Assembly: GCA_964016885.1 (NCBI GenBank)
Contig: OZ024742.1
Coordinates: 80,910,001-80,974,000, forward strand
Reading direction: 5' to 3'
Origin: Eledone cirrhosa
Taxonomy: Eukaryota
DNA length: 64,000 bases
The notes beneath the pieces were generated by a model that saw only the letters and a program-made list of their open reading frames with translations, was not told the DNA's origin and searched no databases. Both the position numbers and the translations under genes were made by a program. Shown in pieces: positions 54,890-64,000 of this stretch. Each line of letters opens with the position of its first letter. Within the stretch, counting starts at the first letter, position 1.

Positions 54890-55435
54890 AGAGTTAACAC
54901 TGAGGCATTCGATGCCATCCTCCAGAACATACCTTTACTAAAAAGAGACCGACGAATGAACCAAATCCTCCAAACGCACAATATCATAAAGTGCAAAAGA
55001 TAACCTAAATCAATAAAAAAACATCCTTAAACAGGCCAATGTCCAGCCGATCCACACAATTCACCCTACAGTAAAACATGTGGAAGACCCAAGTGTGGTA
55101 TATGTATTAATCAGTTAAGTGCAATTTCACTTGTGCATCAGAAAACCTGATCTGTGTTGACCTGCTTAGGTTGGCGAGAGCACTACATAGGACAGACCAA
55201 AAACAACCTTCTACAACGTATGACCGTCTATAGAGCCAAAATCAAAATACGGGAATACAGAATAATATCACTAAGTGAACACATGGCGACTGCGCATGTA
55301 ATGAACAACCCAAATTTAGATTTTTTTCTCATCTACAAATTCAAAGACAGCGCTTCCTACACCCAACGCATTAGCAAGGAATGACATTTTCTCGCCAAAT
55401 GCGAACCCCTTTTAAATGCTTCCCCTTCGGACTAA
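54890..55435 (+). pseudogene. Decayed Neptune-like PLE endonuclease fragment
   Basis: EAFDAILQNIP, FTCASENLI, YIGQTKN..QRMTV; homologous to 5155-5740. Confidence 0.88.
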
Positions 55436-55834
55436 AACAAAGGGCGCACCCATTAAAATATACACCCTGGACAAATTAACCCTTTATCAATGTATCTTTC
55501 TCCAAGATTCCAGCAACCTCTGACAACTATATAATACAGAGCAAGCAACCACATAGTAACACCCTCATCAGCAAGCCCTGGAGAACCTCTACGAATATAA
55601 TCGGATAAATGGAAACATTCAGGTGTCAAACTAAATGTTTTACATTCCCCTGAATCTGGAAGCTTCTGCTGAAGACAGAATGGGTATACCAGTTGCTCTG
55701 AACCCATCTTGTAGCAATATTTTCTGCATCCCACTAAATTAAAAATTTCTGCTAGGGATGGAATTAATATTTCAATACATCTAAATCTTCTTTGTGGCAA
55801 GAAAACACGCTGCATATATGCCGGTAGAACTCGA

Positions 55835-55888
55835 GAATGTCAGACAATGGTATCTCAAGATCCGTTAAATCCCTCATCAGTCACAGTC
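55835..55888 (-). ncRNA. Decayed hammerhead-like motif
   Basis: gactgtga-CTGATGA-GGGAT ttaacgg ATCTT-GAGA-TA ccat TG-TC-tgacattc; GAAA mutated, stem I 6/8 pairs. Confidence 0.4.
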
Positions 55889-57639
55889 ACATACGTGTGT
55901 ATGTATGAATTTGGCCTTTGCCTGTGTGTGCATACTTAACCCACTCGTTTATTTACTCTCTAAATCTTACCTCACCCATTCCTTACATAAAAATAATAAT
56001 TGATTTAATTATCCCTACAATTATATGTAACATCTTTAACACTCCTCAGTATATCTGTGTGTGCCTGTGTGTATACATTATGCATTATGTATACACATAA
56101 TACATACACTTTATCACATACTACAAACTCATATTATCCACTTTACGTAGTTTTGAAACCTTTATATTTTACTTGATCTTATCTAATTCGATTTTATCCT
56201 TTTTACTCATCTATTTACTTATTTACTTAACTATTTACTCATTTACTTCTATATAAATCACTTTTGATTATAATTTTAAGTTCTTTAAATTACTCTTTCT
56301 AAGTTAGAATTACTTTCATCCCATATTCCTATGACCATTATATCCCTTCTCCTCTTACTCCTTCTTACCCACTAACCACCCCCACCCCCACTCGCAGTAA
56401 CTCCGGCTCCGTTAACCCCACATTCCACATCAGCCCAGTTTTCTATTGAGATAAACTCAACCAAAGCACTAGCAAACCTAGTGACTAATTAATACAAACC
56501 CTGCAAATAATATTACATATACACACATGCGCGCACGCACGCACGCACGCACGCACACACACAAACGCACGCATATATATATAAAGTTATGACACGAAAG
56601 GAGCTGTGTGGTTACTAAAAACACGGTTTAGGTTGGTGGTTATTACGGAACAGGGGGAGAAAGGAATTTCCATCGTCAGCTGTAAATGTATCCCGAATCG
56701 ATGTTTCGGCGCTGAATTACAGGACATCGGTGTAGTTCAGGTGCGCTCGATGCCTTTTATTAATCAAAAGGCCAGGTATAAAAGGAGAGAGAAAAGGAAA
56801 GAGAGGGAAAGGAGGAAGAACAAGGGGGAGAACGATGAGGAGAGAGGAAGAAGGGGAAAATAGGAAAGGAATAGAAGACAAAAAAGTGTACAGATCCCAT
56901 TGTGGGAAGATACAGGTGAAAGAAACATGCAAAAAATTAATCGTGGAAAAATAGGGAAAGTAAGTTGTGGCCAACCTGGAAGACTTTAGCCTGGTGGTCA
57001 GCTACGACTCAGAGCTGGTATAATCGTGCTGCCTCTCGCATAGACAGGAGAAAGTGAAAGGGAGACACGGACAACCAAAGTGAGGAGGAGATGGGAAAGG
57101 GAGATAATCCAGAAGGGTTTTTTATGATAGTGGTAAAAACGTGCCGCAAAGATTGCGGACAGAGAGGCCAGGAGGGCACGTGTAAACATGTCAATAATCA
57201 AAATCGAACGCTAAATTCGACCCTGTAACTGTACTGTCGCAAGCACACACAACCACCGCCACCACTAAATACATCCACATACTTCAACAATCATTATCAT
57301 TAACATTATCATCAACACATATCATCCCTCGCTCCCAAAATCGAATGTATTATATATCCCCCACCCCCGTCTGCCTACCATATAACTCACCGTAACCTCT
57401 GATCATGTAATCATCTTGTGGAACATATCCCCCGAACACCACCACCATAACCATGTCCACAACACACATCGCTGTACGTCTATAAACGCTTTCCCCCCGC
57501 GTTCCCTATGTCACCTTTTAACCGGTATTCGATCCGGTATATATATTTTTGTCCCTCACAACTCCACCACCACCACCACAAAACACAACTCCATACTTCA
57601 TCAACACCGACAACACATACCTCCACTCCCCAACCAACA

Positions 57640-57953
57640 ATAGTGTGTGTGTCTGTGTTTAAGTATTTTTACTCATACGGGCGTTTTAAGTGTGCGTGCG
57701 TGTACGCAAATGTATGTGTATGTGAACACATGTGTATGCATATGTCTATGTGTGTGTATATATATATCTGTATATATATATATGTGTATGTGTATGCATA
57801 TGTGTATGTGTGTGTATATATCTATGTGTGTGTATGTGTGTGTATGTGTACGTCTACATATATGTATATGGGTAAATCTGACTGTATGTGTAGGTGAGCT
57901 CATATATGTGCATGTATGTGCGTGTATGTGTGTGTTGTCGGTACATGTGTGGG

Positions 57954-57984
<31 letters not shown>

Positions 57985-58350
57985 GTGTGTGTGAGTATAC
58001 GTGTGTGCGAGTGTGTATGTGTATATCTTGCATACATGAGTGTGAGTCCATGTGCCCATACCCATGTGTATGTATGTGTATGTATATATGTAAAACACCT
58101 TCTACATCGCCTCTCACCTTTCCCCCATCTCTGTCTTTCGCCACCCCCACCGATACTCCCCCACTCTCTATATTCGTGACCGCATGCGCGCATACACATA
58201 CATGTGTGTACATATACATATGGCTGTGTGTGAGCGTATGCCGATATGTGTGGGCAATGATGTGCGTATGTGTTTTATGTTGTGTGTGTTTATACAACAA
58301 TATATGTACCCATATATACATATATGTGTGTGCGTATACGTATATACAAG
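57640..58350. repeat. Compound (TA/TG)n low-complexity tract within a PLE-type 3' UTR
   Basis: Direct reading. Confidence 0.85.
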
Positions 58351-58794
58351 GTATCTGTCAGACATAGAGCGTCTAAATATTTATCTATGTAAGCACCTGA
58401 CGCCACCAATACATCCACCACACCACCACAAACGCCGCTACCATAGACAACGGCACCACTACCACACCCCCACCCACACGCCAACCCGTCTACTGACAAT
58501 CCACTAACCTCATACCACAGCCCATCCCACTAAATAACCTTAACCACCACCATATCATCACATCCACCCCCACATACTCTACACGCCAAGGCCAACCCAC
58601 CACCACCACACCTCAGCCTACCTCATCCACAGACCGTCACCAACATCTTATCATCACACCCACTCCCATATACACTACAGGCCAGTACATCGCCTTGATC
58701 CTTCCCACCAATCAAAACAACTCATTTTGTCAAACTCTTGAATATCTGACTTTACCACATAGCATGTATTTCATTTTCTTATAGCATTTTAAGA

Positions 58795-58881
58795 GGGTCC
58801 GTCGAGCTGCCGATTATTGAGTCGGGTAGGATCGATATAGATCGAACCTTGAGCTGATCAGTGGCGAAACCCGCGTCACCT
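58795..58881 (+). ncRNA. Type I hammerhead-like motif with 60-nt stem II domain
   Basis: GGGT-CCGTCGA-GCTGC[GATTA/TGATC, TCGAT atag ATCGA]GTGGC-GAAA-C ccgc G-TC-ACCT, followed by AATAAA and a microsatellite. Confidence 0.6.
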
Positions 58882-58927
58882 ATCAATAAATCCAATGAAG
58901 GACTAATCAATCGTCCTTTTTATCCTT

Positions 58928-58958
<31 letters not shown>

Positions 58959-59013
58959 TCTTGTAACGAAACACATATTACAGGCCTGCGACACTGAATA
59001 TAATATTACTTAC

Positions 59014-59101
59014 CTGTTCCCTTTATTCATATCTGTTGCATGAGTTTCTTCAGGCATCACAGCTGATTCTAAGTCTTCTATAAGAATGCGAAATCTTGGC
59101 G
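59014..59101 (-). CDS. Candidate host-gene exon (88 nt, phase 1 to 2)
   Basis: tttattctcttcag acceptor; open PRFRILIEDLESAVMPEETHATDMNKGN; CAG|GTAAGT donor; phase matches exon 38747-38791. Confidence 0.55.
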
Positions 59102-60212
59102 CTGAAGAGAATAAACACGCAGACTTAATCTATAGATCCTTTTTTAAAAATGAAGCTTTTTAACATATATTGGAAAGAAATATAGATTAAACGGCATTTA
59201 CCCTATTTATATAAAAAACATTCTTTCTTGGAATCCCTTTATGTTTTACCTACCAGCTAGGAAACGTGAAATACGACGACGCTGTATTGTAACTGTAATA
59301 GTTTCGAACCTCTCATCATAACCATTTCCATTATTGCTCCTTGTCTAGATAACCCGCTTCCCACACCCCATGTCACCAATGCCATCACCAAATACAACAC
59401 CAACACGGCTACATAAATTTACATTTAAAGAGCATATGTGCAGTAAATATAAATATTTAGCTGTTCAGTATGATAAAATATATAAATTTACACGTGTAAT
59501 TTCATTTCATAATTTACGTCAATTCTTTAAAATAATTTCAGGATTAAAGAAACGCGTGTTAAGAATAAGAAGTAGATGACAAGTGCCAATAAAATGTGGA
59601 TATTAAAAAAAAAAAACATTATTATAAGTTCAATAAATTTATTGCATTTTCGTAAGCAAATAAAATAAGAATGAAATAATATGTATGATATGGAATTTTC
59701 AAAAATGAATATTCATATTTATCATTGAAAATAGACAAACAATTCAGTAAATTGTAAGTCCCATTACGTTTAACGTATTAATGTTATACGAAAAGATTAT
59801 AAAGATAACAGTTTTGATACAGTTTGTTATCTAAAGGATTTATGTTTTCGTGAGTATGAAATAATCTCAAATTTGTAAACATCAAGAATAAATATGTAAT
59901 AATCAATATTAAATGAAACATTATACGCAGCGATGCATGTAAAGGGAGTAATATAAAAAGAGACCGCACATATCGTGGTATCAACGATTAGTTTATTTGC
60001 AACAGGCATTCCCAAGGTAAGACATATTTAAACAACAATGAGAGAACCGTACAAAAGATAGAGAAGCCAGTTATAGTCAAACATAACGTGCGTCGACTGA
60101 AAAGATTTTAGGCTGAACAAGGTACTCTAATAAAATGGCCAAATGCGGTTTATGTTTCAACATAGCCTTTGGAAAGAAACAATGCAGTTATTATTAAGGA
60201 GTGTTATTATTA

Positions 60213-60285
60213 AGGGGTCGATAAAATAAAGTACTAGTAATGCACTGGATAATTGCTGGCCTTGTGCCTAAAGTAGAAACAATTA
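60213..60285 (+). mobile_element. SINE 3' fragment
   Basis: ggggtcgataaaataaagtactagtaatgcactgg...ggccttgtgcctaaagtagaaac; flanked by repeated ttattaaggagtgtt. Confidence 0.85.
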
Positions 60286-60727
60286 TTAAGGAGTGTTGAA
60301 ACAAATGCATTCAAAGTTTCGCAGTACTAGCATCAATCCTAGCATCAGTCACCATAATAATTCCATGTAATTAAAATATCATTAATACTTTGAATATGTA
60401 TATATAAAAAGGCAATGTTTTGTTGTTTTGTAGCAAGCGGTCACATGACTGTAATGTAGTCATCAATGAGTTTGAGATTATATTTTGTTAAATGAATTAA
60501 TGAGAAAATGTATATTCATAAATACACAAATAGTACCTTAATGTATAATTATAACGAACACAAACACAAGCAAAATCACAAGGGCACACATACTCACACA
60601 CTTCTTTCAGTCCTGTGGAAGAGATTTCTATAATAAAACGAATATACCTATGCACTACAAACACGTATTTTTTACCTTTTTTAACCGTGGTCATGCGGTC
60701 ACCTCACGATACAAGGAGGAAATCCGC

Positions 60728-60817
<90 letters not shown>

Positions 60818-61010
60818 ACCAATCAAGAAGGAGAGATAAGAATTATTTGTGAGAATCATAAGCCAGTAGTGAAGAAGTCACTGTGTCCAATGCGTATTAA
60901 GTTCAAGACAAGCGAACAGTGAAAGTAAACAAGAGAATCATACGTTATGCAAAAACGTCTAGACAGAGTGTTAATATAAACATTAGTGTTAGAGAATACA
61001 AAACTAAATT

Positions 61011-61072
<62 letters not shown>

Positions 61073-61074
<2 letters not shown>

Positions 61075-62575
61075 TCTTCACCTCTTTTTGACCCACTTAT
61101 TCCTGGGTGGTCTTGGGGACAGAGTCCTTAAACACTCCTTCCAACGGGCTTATCAGAAGCAATCGTCTCCAACTGATCCGGCTGTATCCCCAAGCGTAAC
61201 CAGCCTATTTCATGGACGCTATCTAACCATCTTGCTTGTGGTCTAATCCTAATTTATTTGCTGGTTGATTTTGCTCGAAAATCTGACCAGCGATTCTTTC
61301 CTGAGACATTATACTACGTGACCATATTATTGCAGCTGTGATCCCTTAATTTGGAGAAGTAGCGTCTCTTACCTGGAGTGATTCCCTGATATCTGACCTA
61401 TGCATTCCATCCGGTAATTTTATTTCGGAGACCCTTCGGAGGAACCCCATTTCGGCGGCTTTTATTCGCATTCGTATTATTTCTGTCGTGACCCGAGATT
61501 CATGAACATAGGTAAGGGTCGGCAGGAATATTTTTTTTTCCGATTACTGAATGCTATTTCCGATTACTGAATGCTATTTCCGATTATTGAATGCTTTTTT
61601 TCCGATTACTGAATGCTTTTTCCGATTATTCAATGCTGAACCTGGCACATTGCTGAACCAGCTCCTGAAATTATTTAACTTAATTCAACCTCTTCCTTCC
61701 ATCACACGTCAGCATGAACCCGAGATACTTGAACCTCCCCACCTGCATCAGGTGAAATCAATTCACATATAGAGTGCACTGCACAGGCCGCGTTAGAAGT
61801 AAGAATGTCTCAGTTTTCGCAGCAATTATCTTCATTCCAGACATGCAGCACTAGGCATCAGACCTATCGAACGTAATTCGGAGATAAACTTATGTCAAGT
61901 TAAGTAACACCATGTTATCGGCAAATTACAGCTGAGTGATTTTACATTCGCCAGTCATGATACCACTTCCAACACGTCTGCAGAAGTCAAATTTGTTCAT
62001 GTGAATAAAGAACAGGAGAGGTTACAGTATGCACCCTTGGTGGTGTCCGACTCCCACAATTTAATTGTTTCGATTTAGCATCATTTATCCGAACACACAT
62101 AGTCGGGCGCATTCGTTTAGAGTCATCAGGACAGCAAGAAACTGAAAATCGATTCCATACAGCCACACAACCTCCGACGTAGGTCGTAAGGAGGCTAGCT
62201 TGGACTCGATAATCTCCCAGCATCCCTTTGCTTAACAAAGAGATCCCTCTATAATTGGATGAATCTCTCTTTTCCCTGCTTTTGAAAATTGGGATTATCA
62301 CTCCCGTCCAGCTTCACTTAGGTGTCTTTCCAGAAATCCAGGCCACCCGGCACACACGGGTCAGGCGGAGAATACCTTCTCCGTTTCAGGCTTTTGTTAT
62401 CTCGGTCCAGGTTTCATCAGGCCCAGTGGCGTTGCCAAATTTGAGCTAATAAGTGATCTTGTGAACTCGGTCTGTGAGAGATAAGCAACCGCTTGAAGAT
62501 TTACCTCTGTGCAACTGAAGATGCTGTTGTGATCGGATTTTTTGAGCAAAACTTTCTCCCCATCTCACGAGGATG
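61073..62575 (-). mobile_element. Decayed RTE-like LINE
   Basis: IIPIFK..KRDSSNYRGISLLS, vrhhQGCILxPLLFF, FKYLG remnants; 3' end ggaataagtgggtcaaaaagaggtgaagaag + (TA)n. Confidence 0.75.
61538..61632. repeat. Minisatellite, ~5 units of ttccgattactgaatgcta (19-22 bp)
   Basis: Direct reading. Confidence 0.9.
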
Positions 62576-62685
62576 CACCTCTACTCTTTGTATGTATGTA
62601 TTTATGTACATACATGCATACACACAAAAATGAAGTGTTACATAGCTATACGTATCTAATATATATATACGTATCTCTCTCTCTC

Positions 62686-62807
<122 letters not shown>

Positions 62808-62836
62808 TATATTACATATATATATCTATATATATG

Positions 62837-62873
<37 letters not shown>

Positions 62874-62985
62874 ATTGTTATACTTTGGGAGGGTCAGGTT
62901 GCCCAAAGTATAACAATATCGGTTTCAACACACGTTTTCAGATAAAGAATCTTGCTAAACAAATTCGGAACGATATATAGGTATG

Positions 62986-63116
<131 letters not shown>

Positions 63117-63254
63117 ATATAGTAAGGTGCATTATTGGTTGTGTAAAATGGTCCAATAAGTTTATGTTAGTAATATTAAATTCTCCACGCTTTTGTATAT
63201 CTCCAATTCCATTCGAGGGAACAGCTAGATGATGTAAAACGGAGTATAAGTATC

Positions 63255-63475
63255 AAAATGAAAATCCGAAGGCAAGGTAAAATTCCCTCCGTATGAGGGA
63301 ATGAATTCTGGAGAGAACATCGTTTTTTTTCTCCCTCATATCAAGAATTTGAAGACAATTCATTTTCACCTGATGAGATCAGTGATAATCGATCATGGCT
63401 TCACAATCGATCTATCTCTTATTGAAACATGTGTCGTGATTAAATGATTGGAATTTTACCTTGCCTTCGGATTTT

Positions 63476-63480
<5 letters not shown>
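63255..63480 (+). mobile_element. Solo pLTR with ~30-bp inverted ends
   Basis: aaatgaaaatccgaaggcaaggtaaaattcc (63257-63287) / ggaattttaccttgccttcggattttcattt (63450-63480), then (TA)n. Confidence 0.75.
63366..63439 (+). ncRNA. Type I hammerhead, canonical core, 47-nt stem II
   Basis: TCAC-CTGATGA-GATcAGtGATA ATCGAT[12 nt]ATCGATc TATCtCTtATT-GAAA-CATGTG-TC-GTGA; GUC cleavage after 63435. Confidence 0.85.
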
Positions 63481-63536
<56 letters not shown>

Positions 63537-64000
63537 TGTGTGTTTTGTGTGTGCGTGCAGGAATGGCATTTAGGCTATTTTCCCCTTCATGTGAAATCAG
63601 GGTAAATGGAACAAAATATGAGAAACAGACAAATAGAGAAATTGATTGGGAGGGAACGATAATGAAAAAGAGGCGTAAAATAAGCAGGATAGAACGGCTA
63701 AAAGATGTATCCAATTATTTAGTAGGGTATAGGCGTATATATTTTCTTATATAATCAAATTATGAGACTTAACCTTTCAAATATATATAGGGTTTTTTTA
63801 ACATTAAAACTTCCACCAGAGAATTGAGATAATCCTATGTTGCGTTGCAGCATATGATAAGTCAAGTACAATTAAACGAATGGATATGGGGCTCACGTGA
63901 ACAAACGGTGTGATGCAGTGCCGAATAGAACAAGAGTAACGTGACAAACAACTCTAACAACGAAACAAAATCCGATTTCAAGCGTCTTCTAACTTTACGG

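Noticed and set aside
56660-56755. Minus-strand hairpin + GAAAC followed by CTGACGATGGAAATTCC (similar CTGATGATGGATATTCC at ~46393) as a permuted hammerhead
   Set aside because: Could not close stems I and II consistently.
59253-59408. Upstream exon with an internal TAG possibly recoded by A-to-I editing, or a signal-peptide-like frame
   Set aside because: Weak splice signals and two competing frames; no evidence for editing from DNA alone.
61538-61632. Short repeat array as CRISPR-like
   Set aside because: Contiguous units without unique spacers, eukaryotic context, no cas genes.

Overview
AT-rich, microsatellite-dense eukaryotic (animal) genomic DNA. A recurrent tRNA-derived SINE resembles octopod cephalopod SINEs, so the organism is inferred, not shown. 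Most short ORFs in the track are (TA)n/(CA)n/(GA)n artefacts. The window is dominated by retroelements. There are about ten Penelope-like element (PLE) insertions (RT + C-terminal GIY-YIG; Nematis-like and Neptune-like), nearly all sitting in (TA)n tracts with tandem or inverted pseudo-LTRs (pLTRs); one is nearly intact (8788-15948). There are also two Dong/R4 elements in (TAA)n, a GC-rich CRE-like element, RTE fragments and SINEs. Reading the pLTRs by eye reveals about 20 type I hammerhead-ribozyme (HHR) motifs from about a dozen apparently unrelated sequence families. At least five families replace the usual short stem II with a 47-116 nt structured arm, and several carry non-canonical cores (U3-A8, U4C, U4A). 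A non-coding ~422-nt HHR-bearing tandem monomer with PLE-style 5' inversions (retrozyme-like) occurs three times. Three phase-compatible candidate exons suggest that most of this lies in the introns of a minus-strand host gene. All RNA folds were paired by eye, not computed.
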